Below, piece after piece: positions 19,318-30,066 of a stretch of DNA of 64,000 nucleotides (positions within the stretch are counted from its first letter, which is position 1; each line of letters begins with the position of its first letter). A program made the translations under genes and the position numbers. The DNA lies in the NCBI GenBank assembly GCA_963777505.1, contig CAVZQN010000010.1, positions 1 to 64,000 of the forward strand, written 5' to 3'. This stretch comes from an uncultured bacterium. GTDB lineage: Bacteria > Acidobacteriota > HRBIN11 > JAKEFK01. A model generated the notes under the pieces. It was given only the letters and a program-made list of their open reading frames with translations. It searched no databases and was not told where the DNA came from.

Positions 19318-21255
19318 TTACTCTTGTGTGTTGAGGCGGCGTAGCTGGCGCAGGAGTGTAGTGAGATAAAGAAGCGCCATGATCGTTACACAAATCAGAA
19401 TAACAGGGCCGGCATTCGTGCCGGATTCAAATGTAGAAAGAGGAGCGACTACAAACATAAATAATGCTAAAGACAAACATAGAAACCATAAGAACATCGT
19501 TAGAAGGCCCAATGCGATCCGCCCTTCGTACATATCGCAACTTCCAGGGACGACAATAGCGCTTGCAAAACGGAGCCAGCGCTGTTTTGAAGAGTACGTG
19601 TCAATTTGTCCCATTTTTTCCCTTCGAGATGCAGGAGAAACACCATCTTTTTTCACAAAAATATGCAAACACTGAATGCAAAAACCATAACTCCGATCGG
19701 AAGTCTGACACTTCTTACAAAAGGCTTGTCCACACTTCACGCAGCGATGAGCATGCGATTCTTCACGAACCCATAAACACAAAATCAGAGCCATGCCAAA
19801 AAGAACCGTTGAGATAATCGTAAATGGTGACTTAAATAGCTGTAAGGGATCGCCAAGTTGATTTTGGAGTTTATTTCGCACATAAACTGCCGATGGAATT
19901 GCGTCCAACAATACATTCGGAGGGCCGGGGTCACCTTTCCTGAACAGCAACGGATCTGCTGCTTTTGCTTCATCCAAAAATTTCTTGGATTGTTCAAAAT
20001 TAAACTTAGCGCGAAACATTCTAGAGAGATTGTATTTATAGATCGCATTTCTTGGACTCAATTGAGATGCTTTTAGTGTTAGCCGAACTGCATACTCTGT
20101 TTCTCCTTGAGCAAAACAAATGACTGCTAGATTATTCGGTGCCCGCGAATCATCAGGGGCGTCGAGCATCATACGTTGCAATACAACGGAGGCTTCTTCA
20201 TACATCTCGTTGTTCTTATACAGATAGGCAAGCATAATTCTGGCATCGCGATCCGCAGGGTGTCGATTCACATACCTTTCAAAATCCGAAACAATTTTTG
20301 GATTCGGACCAGCACTGATTGCATTCATATACGAAACGACAAGCGTGTCTGAAGTAGCACCAACATACTTTGAAACCGCTGCATAAACTGGATACGCAAA
20401 AATAAAAACAACGAGACAGACGAGTGCAAGGATCCGTTCATATGTGCGGCCGTAAGAAGCAAATAAAGCTAACCAGAATGGAACAAGCCATAAAGGACCA
20501 AGGAAGAGCAAAACAGGAAGAAAGATTAGAATCCAAACAAGAAAGTTTGCTGCAGGAGAATCCATCTTTTTACTGAACCGTTCTTCAGCATCATGCCTTA
20601 AAAGACGGTTGTACTTTAGAAATAGAATGATCGCGAAAACGGTTGAGATCGCTATGAAGGTACATAGAGCCACAAATATTAGTTTTGAGTACAGGTAGAT
20701 CTTTCCACTTAAGGAATTTCGAGGAGCTAGAAACCCGCGACCGATAGCTTCCAAACCATCTGGATATTGAGAAATTCCCTGTGCAAAGCTGGCTTTAGCC
20801 TGACCATAATACGCATCGGCATGTGCTGAATTCAAAGAAGCTGCCACACGATAGAATTTCATTGCTTCTTTCGGATGTTTTCTTTTCATTTCGCGATTGC
20901 CTGATTGCATTGCAGCTTCAGCAAATTCCGGAAGTGCGAGAATTGAGTTTTTGTTTTTTAATTCCAGCAATTGTGCAAGTGAAGCATTTGCGGATACCTC
21001 ATCCCCTTTTTGAGTTGCTAAGAGGAAACTGTTCCATGCATCGTAAAACACCTGAAAGCCAACACTGAGCGGCTTTTCAGGTTCTGGCTCGATCGGAAGA
21101 TAAATATCTGCGGTTCCTTCCTGGCCTGTCGAACTTTCATCAGGAAGGATCAGAACGTCTTCTTGTGAAAACGCAATATTTAAGGAAGCAATAAAGAAAA
21201 GAAATAGTAGGAGTGCGATCCGATTAGAAATAGCATCAAAACAAAAACGGATCAT
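19318..21255 (-). CDS. Multi-pass membrane protein with TPR domains and Cys-rich zinc finger
   Basis: Signal peptide, two TPR blocks, several TM segments, CVKC..FCKKC..CIQC. Confidence 0.82.
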   Translation of the reverse strand: MIRFCFDAISNRIALLLFLFFIASLNIAFSQEDVLILPDESSTGQEGTADIYLPIEPEPEKPLSVGFQVFYDAWNSFLLATQKGDEVSANASLAQLLELKNKNSILALPEFAEAAMQSGNREMKRKHPKEAMKFYRVAASLNSAHADAYYGQAKASFAQGISQYPDGLEAIGRGFLAPRNSLSGKIYLYSKLIFVALCTFIAISTVFAIILFLKYNRLLRHDAEERFSKKMDSPAANFLVWILIFLPVLLFLGPLWLVPFWLALFASYGRTYERILALVCLVVFIFAYPVYAAVSKYVGATSDTLVVSYMNAISAGPNPKIVSDFERYVNRHPADRDARIMLAYLYKNNEMYEEASVVLQRMMLDAPDDSRAPNNLAVICFAQGETEYAVRLTLKASQLSPRNAIYKYNLSRMFRAKFNFEQSKKFLDEAKAADPLLFRKGDPGPPNVLLDAIPSAVYVRNKLQNQLGDPLQLFKSPFTIISTVLFGMALILCLWVREESHAHRCVKCGQAFCKKCQTSDRSYGFCIQCLHIFVKKDGVSPASRREKMGQIDTYSSKQRWLRFASAIVVPGSCDMYEGRIALGLLTMFLWFLCLSLALFMFVVAPLSTFESGTNAGPVILICVTIMALLYLTTLLRQLRRLNTQE

Positions 21256-21662
21256 TTTAAGAGTTTGGCCTTTTTCATATAGCGCATCCGCAAATCATAG
21301 AGTGCGCTATCCAGATATTTGTCCTCCTGGGGAGTCAGGTTCCCTTTTGTTTTTTGTTGCATGACTTCCAGAATATCGATCATCTGCCGGGCTCCCTCTA
21401 AATTATCAGGCGCAGTCTGACCTTCAGGATCCTTTACTTCCCCAAGATAGATTAGACAAGTGTGAACGTACGTAAATAGAATTGCAATTAGGTCAATTCC
21501 TTGTGGTTGTTGAGCATGTAGGAAGGCATCTTCTGCCTGTTCGACTTTTTTGCTTGAACTTTGAGCAGGCTCAGTGGGTTCTTTATCACTGAGGGGATTC
21601 CCGTCTTTATCAAAAAACCGACGGTCCTCGACGCGAACATCTTCGTTTTTCTTCTCAGCCAT
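21252..21662 (-). CDS. DUF1844 family protein
   Basis: ARQMIDILEVMQQKTKGNLT..LYDLRMRY. Confidence 0.88.
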   Translation of the reverse strand: MAEKKNEDVRVEDRRFFDKDGNPLSDKEPTEPAQSSSKKVEQAEDAFLHAQQPQGIDLIAILFTYVHTCLIYLGEVKDPEGQTAPDNLEGARQMIDILEVMQQKTKGNLTPQEDKYLDSALYDLRMRYMKKAKLLK

Positions 21663-21728
21663 GAATCTGCCGAAGGATTTTGCAGGCCGAACGAATTGTA
21701 TCATAACTCAGGGGCCTAGACTTAGCTT

Positions 21729-21782
21729 AACGAGGAGTCACGGAGGTCACGGAGTTTATCTCAAACTAAATTCACTCCGTGT
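21729..21782. repeat. Partial cacggag-type inverted repeat element
   Basis: gagtcacggaggtcacggag..ctccgtg; same family as 51036..51117. Confidence 0.7.
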
Positions 21783-23919
21783 TTAGCGGATTTTTAGAAG
21801 AACGAGGGTGACATCATCTTGTGGAAGTTTTTTGTTCAGGAATAGCTCCAAATCAAGAAGGATCGCATCTTTGATTTCGCTAGCAGAGCCCAGTTTGTTC
21901 TTTAACAAAATTTGAGAGAGTCGTTCCAAACCATATAACTGTTTCGAATCATCCATTGCTTCCGTCAACCCATCAGTATAAAAAAGGAGTACATCTCCGG
22001 AGTCTACCGTTCTTTGTACTTCTTCAAGAGTGCTTTCAAAGAGTCCATTTCGTGGAGACACCCAGGCCAATTCCTCTGGATTGAATCACTTCAAGATCCC
22101 CTGTCTTAGCCCGATAATGGATAGCCGGATTATGTCCTGCCCGGCACATCTTCATAAGACGTTTGGGTTGATTGATCATTGCATAAGTCATCGTAATAAA
22201 ATTTCGTGAGTCCAGTGTAGGAGCAAGGACGTTATTAGCCTCAACAAGGACTTCTTTAGGATCGATCGTCCTTTGACTTGTCGTAAGCATGACTCCTTTC
22301 ACTTCCGCCATATAAAGCGCTGCGCTGGGACCTTTTCCTGAAACATCGGCGATAATAATTCCAATCTCTTCATCACTTTTTCGAATGATGTCATAGTAAT
22401 CGCCGCAGACTTCTTCTGCCGGAACGTTCATGGCTGAAATATCAATTCCACCGATTGAGCTAATGTCTTTCGGCAGAAGTTTTTCCTGCATGTGTCTTGC
22501 AATTTGCAATGATTCAGCGAGCCTCTCTTTTTCGGCTTGTACCTTTAATAAATTTTTGACACTTTCAGTCATGCCATTAAATGAAGCCGCGAGTTCACCG
22601 AGCTGATCCTTTGCACCGATTTTTATTTTGTAATTAAAATCGCCTTTTTTGATTCTCTCCGTACCTTCAAACAGATGATGGATCGATGCGGTAATTGAAC
22701 GTGCAAGCAAGAAACCGAATATGAACGAAATTAATTCAATCACCAGAAAGACAATGGCAATTGCGAGCATTACAACGTATACAAATTTCTGAAGTGTCGT
22801 GCTTCGTGAAAATATGTGATCGAAAATCCGCGATACGTTTGTATTCAAAGCAAACGCGGCCATCTTTTCATCCGAGTCGGTTGCCAGGAAGATTTCGTCG
22901 TTGTTCTTCTTTTTTGGATCGAGTTCCTTATTTATTTCGCTTCGAATCTCTTCTTCAAGTTTCCGAGGCTTTTTAGATGGCTTTTTATTTTTTTCACCGT
23001 GGTTGATTTGAATCTGGTCTCCAACGGTTACTTTCTCTCCGGTTGTCCAATTGTAGGAATCCGGTAAGCTTAGCCAGGCAACAGGAACATCCCACCACTT
23101 AGGCCAGAGAGAATCCTTGCGGGTTGTACCTACAGTCTCTTCAAATTCATCTTTCATATCGGAGCTTCCAGAGACATACGTAATATTTGCGCCGATCTTT
23201 TCACCGATTTGCTGCAAAACAAGTTTTGTTACGGGTGCTTCAATAAGCAATGACTTGTTTTCCTCCGGACTGTGATGAATAGAAACGAGCCAGAGACGTG
23301 AGCCCCTTAAAACAAGACCTGCAAAATCTTTCTCTTTCACCCATGCAGGCAGTTTTACTTCTTCATCGCCTTGAATAATTTCACTGCCGTTCGGAGTATA
23401 GGAAATCAGATGGGCATCGTGAAGCCATTGTTGATCAGCTGATGAAAGATCCTCAAACCAGGTTCGATGAACTTCTTCTCTTGGCAAAACCCGTGCAAGA
23501 TGAAAGAGCTTTTGTCCCTCCATTTTGGTTTGAAGGAGATAGGAATCCAATGCTGAATTAAACATTTCAGAAGTAGCCTGGCCCATGAAAATCCAGAATG
23601 CGAGTATAAAAAGTGCGGCCAGAAGACAAATAGGAATAAAGCCGATAAAGATATACGAAAGGACCAGTTTTCTGCGGATGCGCCATAAAAGTTTGCGCAT
23701 GAACTTCTTGAGGTAAATAAAGCAGTAGTAGGTAGTAAGAACAAACGCACACCAGAATGCAAAGGAGCTTAGTGACTCCAACCCCACAAATTTAGAAAAG
23801 AAATAAACAGCGATAAAACCGAGATAAATTTTCGCTGTCAGGCTAAATTTGGTGCCCGATTCTTTGACTGGCGCCGCTGGAATTCCATTCTTATCTGGTG
23901 GCATTTGCTTTTGTGACAT
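21783..23919 (-). CDS. Membrane HAMP-PP2C (SpoIIE-like) phosphatase (frameshift near 22060)
   Basis: TM helices, HAMP (DQLGELAASFNGM), GDYYD, ADVSGKG, RAGH; YTDGLTEA and DDVT in the next frame. Confidence 0.9.
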
Positions 23920-24262
23920 TAAATTATAAGAGCTAATAACCTTGCTAAATTATGCATGAGGTCGCAGACTCTTCCCGGACAACGGGAAAAATAGGCCTCG
24001 AGATAGTACACCACATCATAAGATACGATCTAAAACGAAAACGGTTTCCAATCAATCCCAACGCCGATTTGTTCATAGTATAAAGTCGTACACCATGTTC
24101 GCCAAATTGAGCATGTCTCTTTGACTTTTATGGACGTGTGGGCTATCATTCCATGTTTTCATATCTTTACATTTGACCTTCAAAATACTAGATTTCACCA
24201 CATAGATCTTTTGGGACTCTGTGGTAAATATTCTGAACTTAATATCAAAGAGGATTTCCCTT

Positions 24263-24799
24263 ATGAGAAAATTTCTAGCTTGCGCGGTTCTGATTTCGTT
24301 TGCTTTCGTAGCAGGCTGTAAGAAAGCTGAGGAAAAGAAAGCTGATTCCGGCGGCCCAGCAGCAGCACCACAAGCGCAGCAAAAACAAAAACAAGGCGAT
24401 CAGTTTAAGCCACAAGCTCCGCGAAAAAAGCAGCAGCGACAGGCAATGTCCCTGAAGATTTTTAACGAACAAACTCTTGTCTCGGATATTCCTCAAGCTC
24501 AATACGGAACGCTTACCACTTCCAAAGTCAAAATTGGAAACAAACAGGTTCAAGCGGTATTGCTGAAAGACCTTCTGACAAAATACAACATCAAAGGAAA
24601 GAATGTTGTTCTTGCCGGTCAAACTGTTTCAACACCTTTGACATGGGAGCAAGCAACTGGAACGGATGTGTATGTCTATATGACTCCCAAAAAATTCATG
24701 AAAGTACATACAACTTCCAAGAATCTTTCGACTGTTAAATTTCCTAAGAGACTCGAAAAAATTACAGTTACTGAGAATTCCGCAAAACCAACAACCTAG
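24263..24799 (+). CDS. Hypothetical lipoprotein
   Basis: MRKFLACAVLISFAFVAGC lipobox, AGAGGA RBS. Confidence 0.8.
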   Translation: MRKFLACAVLISFAFVAGCKKAEEKKADSGGPAAAPQAQQKQKQGDQFKPQAPRKKQQRQAMSLKIFNEQTLVSDIPQAQYGTLTTSKVKIGNKQVQAVLLKDLLTKYNIKGKNVVLAGQTVSTPLTWEQATGTDVYVYMTPKKFMKVHTTSKNLSTVKFPKRLEKITVTENSAKPTT

Positions 24800-24835
24800 T
24801 TGATTCTCTAGCTCTCTGCGGTTCATACTCAACTG

Positions 24836-25864
24836 ATGAAAATTCTGGTGGCAACGTCCGATGTGCCATTTGTTGAAGGTGGCCACCGAATGATCGCTCG
24901 TGCTCTCGTTCAAGCATTGTGCGAAGCCGGGCATGAAGCAGAAGTGCTGACTACTCCCACAAATCGTTTTGGAAGACAATTTGCTGCTTACCTTGCAACA
25001 CGGCTGACAGATGTTGAACTAACAGGAAATGGCGAAAACATCGATCGGTTGATTTCGCTGCGTTTCCCTTCCTATGTTTTAAGACATCCCAATCATGTTT
25101 GCTGGCTCAATCACAGAATGCGCGAATATTATGATCTATGGGATGGATGGAGTAATAAGCTTAGCTGGAAAGGAAAACTAAAAGAGAAAACGCGCCGGAC
25201 CTTGATCCACAAAGCAGATCATCATTACCTGACCCGGCTCCGCAAACTTTATGCACAATCTAAAGGGATTCAGCGAGGGTTGTTAAAGTGGGGCAACATT
25301 CCAAGTGAAGTACTGTATCCACCCCCTCCGACTCGCAAGTATTTCACCGAAGGTTACGGCGATTTTATTTTTTCGCCATCCCGGTTAACCCCATTAAAAC
25401 GGATTCCGCTACTTCTTGAAGCGCTTTCGCATGCGAAGATCGGACGCGCAATTATTGCTGGTGATGGACCGGATCGCGAGCGTATTGAGTCGTTAATCAA
25501 AAACTCCTCGCTGGAAAATCGCGTGACAGTACTGGGTCATTCAGACGATGCTGAAATTTTACGTTTGTATGCGGAATGTCGCGCCGTTTTTTATGCGCCT
25601 TACCAGGAAGATTTCGGACTTGTCACTCTCGAAGCATTTCAATCCCGGAAACCTGTTTTAACTGCAGCTGATAGTGGCGGACCGGCTGAGCTCGTTGAAC
25701 ATAATGTGTCCGGAATCTTATGTGAACCAGAACCAAAATTTTTCACCGCAGCGATTGAAAAATTATTTGACGATTCCTCGCTTGCTGAACGTCTTGGCTC
25801 GGCTGCCTATGAATTCAGCAAAAAAATTACCTGGTCAAACACAATCGAAAAATTGCTATCGTAA
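24836..25864 (+). CDS. Glycosyltransferase family 4
   Basis: SRLTPLKR, EDFGLVTLEAF, GGPAELV. Confidence 0.92.
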   Translation: MKILVATSDVPFVEGGHRMIARALVQALCEAGHEAEVLTTPTNRFGRQFAAYLATRLTDVELTGNGENIDRLISLRFPSYVLRHPNHVCWLNHRMREYYDLWDGWSNKLSWKGKLKEKTRRTLIHKADHHYLTRLRKLYAQSKGIQRGLLKWGNIPSEVLYPPPPTRKYFTEGYGDFIFSPSRLTPLKRIPLLLEALSHAKIGRAIIAGDGPDRERIESLIKNSSLENRVTVLGHSDDAEILRLYAECRAVFYAPYQEDFGLVTLEAFQSRKPVLTAADSGGPAELVEHNVSGILCEPEPKFFTAAIEKLFDDSSLAERLGSAAYEFSKKITWSNTIEKLLS

Positions 25865-25930
25865 TTAGCGTTCGGTTTATTTTTTAGGAGTGGAAGCGAG
25901 CGTTACAACTCGTAAACAAATGGAAGAAAT

Positions 25931-27616
25931 CTAATTCACATTTACGTTAAAGGCTGCCTGAGCAGGTTGATAAACGCGCGTACCTTTGAAAAATGCGAAC
26001 AATTGATAGATCCCAGTCTCCGTAGGCAGGAACGAAAAACTAAAGCGTCCATCTCCACCTGATGTAGCAGCCGCAAGCGTCTGGCGATTTGGAAAACTTG
26101 TAAACATCCGGTCCTTTCGGATCTCCCCTGGATCATTCCAGCTCACATAAAAGTATGCGCTGTTCCGCGATTCATTAAAAATACGGGCGTCAAAATTTAC
26201 AATATATGTGCGTCCACCCCGAATTGAAATCGGAGCTGATGTAATGGAAGCAGTCTGAGTTGGTGTTGATTGCACCTCAACACTCCTTTCAGAACCTGAC
26301 GTAACAACGCTTACCTGTGCCGAACCCTGATTTAGCCAGAGAGTCAATCCATTGCTGAAGTCCCCGTTCGTAACTTTGTTATCGTTTGAACCAGCTTCGA
26401 ATAATTGCGCACGTTGCACAGAAAAATGAGCTGGACCTTTAATAGGATTCGGTAGCTGAGCATTAACCCGAATGCCAACAAATGCGATGGAAGCATTTGA
26501 AGGTGCAATGATTTCGCGACTGAAGCTTTGGGGCGATCCTGGAGGCGGAATGTACTGTAATTCAACTCCCCCTATGCGAAGGCCACTTCCTGCCGTAATT
26601 CTGCCGCGCAAAGGAACTACAGAATTTCGTGCTGCAGTTGTTGGACCGGTGAGGGTCATTGCAGGTTTCTGCCCTTCTCCAATTCGAATCAAATAATCCC
26701 GCGCCGGCAAATACCATTCGTGATTTTGTGATGCACAATTCTCTCTTCCACCACGGGTCCTGTATCCCCAATTTTCAGAAGTCGGATGTTCTGTTGTTGG
26801 TCCGAATAAGAAAAATCTCTCCCAGCCATAGGCAGCTTTTATCTGTCTGAACATTTGTAATACTTTTTCGCCGCCTGGATACCAATTTTGATTCAACTGC
26901 CACACAAAAGTACGTCCCGTTCGCGAATAATCTCTTAGGGTTGGCTTCAGATCAATGAGTTGTTCAATCATCTCCTGCGATGTTGGATGATCGCATCCAC
27001 CATCTACAGGATTTTTGTATTTCGATAGAACGCTAATTCCGGTCATATCGGCACGAAAAAGCGGATAGGCACCGCATGAAGGAGATTGTCCGCGAGCCAG
27101 ATGGATCATCCATGTATGCCATGTGTCATTCACAAAAAATTCAAACGATGGATGACGTTGTTTTACGCTTTGATAAACGGATCGGAGCTCTGAAATAACA
27201 GTACACATAGGACGTCCCTTGTTTACTGTTTGATACTGTATGTATTCATCAACAATTGCGCGACGAAAACCCAACGGCACAGCGCAATCAATCGTACGTC
27301 TCATATCATCTGTGCTGAGAAATGGAGTAAAGAGGATTGCTAGCCTGAGATTTTTGCGACGGGCATTGTTTAACCAGGTATTCAGAATCGCGCCGCAGCG
27401 TTCAGTACCAACCGGAAGAATCGCCCAACCCATTGGCGGTGATGGGTCCTGAAAAATTGCATCCCATTGCTGGGCATCCCATGCAACCGAAGGTGGCCTG
27501 TATACAATTCCGAGTTCTTGATTCAGCGGTTGATATGCGGTTTTAGTAGTGGTTTCAGCTGAAGATAAAGTTGCTGATAGAAGGAGAATATAAAGAGCAA
27601 TTCTTATTCTGGACAC
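25931..27616 (-). CDS. Secreted protein: alpha/beta N-terminal domain, Ig-like domain and CBM-like jelly roll
   Basis: Signal peptide; NGDFSNGLTLW and GRTYIVNFDAR CBM4/9-like motifs; DGRFSFSF..GIYQL Ig-like strands. Confidence 0.72.
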   Translation of the reverse strand: MSRIRIALYILLLSATLSSAETTTKTAYQPLNQELGIVYRPPSVAWDAQQWDAIFQDPSPPMGWAILPVGTERCGAILNTWLNNARRKNLRLAILFTPFLSTDDMRRTIDCAVPLGFRRAIVDEYIQYQTVNKGRPMCTVISELRSVYQSVKQRHPSFEFFVNDTWHTWMIHLARGQSPSCGAYPLFRADMTGISVLSKYKNPVDGGCDHPTSQEMIEQLIDLKPTLRDYSRTGRTFVWQLNQNWYPGGEKVLQMFRQIKAAYGWERFFLFGPTTEHPTSENWGYRTRGGRENCASQNHEWYLPARDYLIRIGEGQKPAMTLTGPTTAARNSVVPLRGRITAGSGLRIGGVELQYIPPPGSPQSFSREIIAPSNASIAFVGIRVNAQLPNPIKGPAHFSVQRAQLFEAGSNDNKVTNGDFSNGLTLWLNQGSAQVSVVTSGSERSVEVQSTPTQTASITSAPISIRGGRTYIVNFDARIFNESRNSAYFYVSWNDPGEIRKDRMFTSFPNRQTLAAATSGGDGRFSFSFLPTETGIYQLFAFFKGTRVYQPAQAAFNVNVN

Positions 27617-27666
27617 AGTAAATAACTATAACACAAACACTACAATTATAGTACTACGTACTCATG

Positions 27667-28668
27667 CTACGACACTGCTGCTGCTAAAGGGGCCTGTTTT
27701 GTATTTTCTGAAAGCGGCTCCCAATCCGAATGAGGAGCTTCATTCAGAATGACGTATCGATAAAACAGCTCGCCATAACCGTAAGCTTTCATTCCCCACC
27801 GCGCATAAAAAGACTTAAGTTGCTTGTGAACGCTGCCGAGGTTATAAAACGGAACTCCCGGAAAGTAATGATGTTCAAGATGAAAATTAGATGCAAGAAA
27901 TGCGACATTCCAGAACCAGGAGCTTTTGACAAGCGTGCTCCACTGTGCAGGATCTTCAGGACGGATATTGTAATGCTGTCCAAGTCTGTTTAAAGAAAAT
28001 GCAATCGGGAAAACAAAAAAAACAGGAACAACGTAAACGCGAAGCAGCACACCCCAACCGCCCAAAAAGTAACAAAGGGCCATCAAGCTAAGCTGAAACA
28101 GCACAGTGAAAATTCGTTCACCCTTGATCTGTTTTTGTAATTCCGGAGAATATGTAGAGGCTTCCTCACGGGCAGCACGGAAATAAATAAACGGGAGCGC
28201 CGGCGTGTAATAAAGCAGTTTAACCCATCGTTTGTTTATCTTTGGCGAAAGATAATGGCGTTTTGGATCTTCGGTAGGGGAACCCAAACCGGCATGATGA
28301 TCCAGATGCCATTTCGTAAATTGAGTCGCTGAAATTCCGCTTGGAAATGCATACAAAAGTCCGAGGATACGATTCAAATTACGGCTTTTTTTGCTTGGAA
28401 CAAAAACGGCATTGTGAACGACTTCATGAAGCAATACCGTGAAGTTGAAAATCGTAAATCCGAGCACAAAAGCGAGAGGGATCCAGATCACCGGGTTTGT
28501 ATAATAGATCAAACCTGTTGTGCTTCCGACGATAAGAAAGAGCTGCCAGAGCACAATTAAAAAGTGCTTTACAGGCTGAATCTTATGGAGCCTGCGGATT
28601 TCCTCTTTGTTTAATTCTTTTGCGAGCTCACGCTTAACATGTTGCGCTGCTTGAGAATAGTAAGCCAT
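27667..28668 (-). CDS. Membrane fatty acid desaturase family protein
   Basis: Histidine boxes HEVVH, HLDHH, HLEHH. Confidence 0.92.
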   Translation of the reverse strand: MAYYSQAAQHVKRELAKELNKEEIRRLHKIQPVKHFLIVLWQLFLIVGSTTGLIYYTNPVIWIPLAFVLGFTIFNFTVLLHEVVHNAVFVPSKKSRNLNRILGLLYAFPSGISATQFTKWHLDHHAGLGSPTEDPKRHYLSPKINKRWVKLLYYTPALPFIYFRAAREEASTYSPELQKQIKGERIFTVLFQLSLMALCYFLGGWGVLLRVYVVPVFFVFPIAFSLNRLGQHYNIRPEDPAQWSTLVKSSWFWNVAFLASNFHLEHHYFPGVPFYNLGSVHKQLKSFYARWGMKAYGYGELFYRYVILNEAPHSDWEPLSENTKQAPLAAAVS

Positions 28669-28746
28669 AACTATGAGCAACTATTATAATTTCTCAAGCC
28701 TCGAAAGTCCAAAAAAGATAACCTCAAAGACGCAGAGGAATTAATC

Positions 28747-30033
28747 TTACTGAGTCGTGTTCACTCTAAGAAGATTCAGGCCTGAGGAGGCTGTCGGAGA
28801 AGGGGGGAATACTTGTCCGCCTTCCATGTAAATAACTGCGTACAGGAATCCAGCCGGCAGGTTTGCAGGAAGTGCAACGATTGCGGGCCGCCCATTCGTA
28901 TCAAAACCCGATTGAAGTGAAAAACCACCGCCGGTTAGTGCACCTGATGCGCTTGCAGTTTGAAGCCATATTCTTCCCGTCATCATTGTCGAATCCTCAA
29001 TTGAAACGACTGCACTTTCACTTCGACTCCCATTTCGCGCAAGAGCAGATACAGGAAATTCAACCGGAATGCTTTGAACAGAATCAGAATAAAAAAAACT
29101 TACAGGACCAACTGGTGTTCCGAGTTGATTCAGCTTTCTTTTTTTCAATCCAGTTCCTTCAACAAAAAGCGCTACTGCACTACCGTCCGCTAAAAACATC
29201 AAATTCACGTCAGGAGCAGCACCTGAAGAGATAGTGCCCTTCAGTTTTGTTAACGTAATTCTGGGTGGTGTTAAAGTAGGACTTATTTTGGAAACGAAAT
29301 ATTGAAAGCCGAATCCACCGGATATTTTTGTTGTATATCCAGCTGCTAGAATTTTTCCACTGGGTGAATGAAACTTCAAATCTGTCACTGTAGGACCTAC
29401 GATTGATCCTCCCTCTCTTAAAAGGGGCGACAACAATGTAAGCGGCTTGTTAACCGTTAGATTGGAGTTGTATACCACGCCGTGAAGGCCTTCCTCAATG
29501 CCGGATGCCCCGGTCGAACTTCTTACTAAAAGTACGATATAAGTTTTTGCAATGGGGTCATAAACGGCTCGTGAAGAAAGATTCATGACATTTTTTGTTA
29601 AATCGGAAGCGAGCGAAACGCGAACGGAGGTTCCCGATTTGCGCCCGGTAGAATTCAATCTTTGAACACGAGCTTCAAACCGGTTCGCAACAATTTCATT
29701 TGAATAGAGCAGGAGGAACTGATTTGCATCCGGGTTGTAAACGAGATCTGGGAATAGCGCATTGGGACCGCTTACGATTTGAAAGGCAGCACCGGAAGGA
29801 TTCCCATCGGTCTGAAGTAGACGTCCCCAGAGTGAATTTTTCCCCGAATCGCCGCGAAGTCTTTGCCATACAACGAGCGTTTGGTTGGTATTCGTGTTAA
29901 GAGCAGCCCGAACATTTACGGTGAAAAAGCCGGCCTGACGGGCAACCAGTACGCTTTTCTCAACAGTTGTCGCATTGATAAACGCAGCAGAAAAAAGGAA
30001 AACCAGAATGAGACTCAGTGTTTTTATATTCAT
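28747..30033 (-). CDS. Secreted beta-rich hypothetical protein (propeller-like)
   Basis: Signal peptide; repeated P.L.YNP..QFLL / LVVWQ / AVYDP..TYIV blade-like motifs. Confidence 0.75.
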   Translation of the reverse strand: MNIKTLSLILVFLFSAAFINATTVEKSVLVARQAGFFTVNVRAALNTNTNQTLVVWQRLRGDSGKNSLWGRLLQTDGNPSGAAFQIVSGPNALFPDLVYNPDANQFLLLYSNEIVANRFEARVQRLNSTGRKSGTSVRVSLASDLTKNVMNLSSRAVYDPIAKTYIVLLVRSSTGASGIEEGLHGVVYNSNLTVNKPLTLLSPLLREGGSIVGPTVTDLKFHSPSGKILAAGYTTKISGGFGFQYFVSKISPTLTPPRITLTKLKGTISSGAAPDVNLMFLADGSAVALFVEGTGLKKRKLNQLGTPVGPVSFFYSDSVQSIPVEFPVSALARNGSRSESAVVSIEDSTMMTGRIWLQTASASGALTGGGFSLQSGFDTNGRPAIVALPANLPAGFLYAVIYMEGGQVFPPSPTASSGLNLLRVNTTQ

Positions 30034-30066
30034 TTAATTTCTTGTGGGACGCCGGCTCAAAACATT

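Noticed and set aside
23920-24262. Intergenic gap that might hide a small gene or ncRNA
   Set aside because: Only short ORFs without RBS or motifs, and no recognisable RNA structure.
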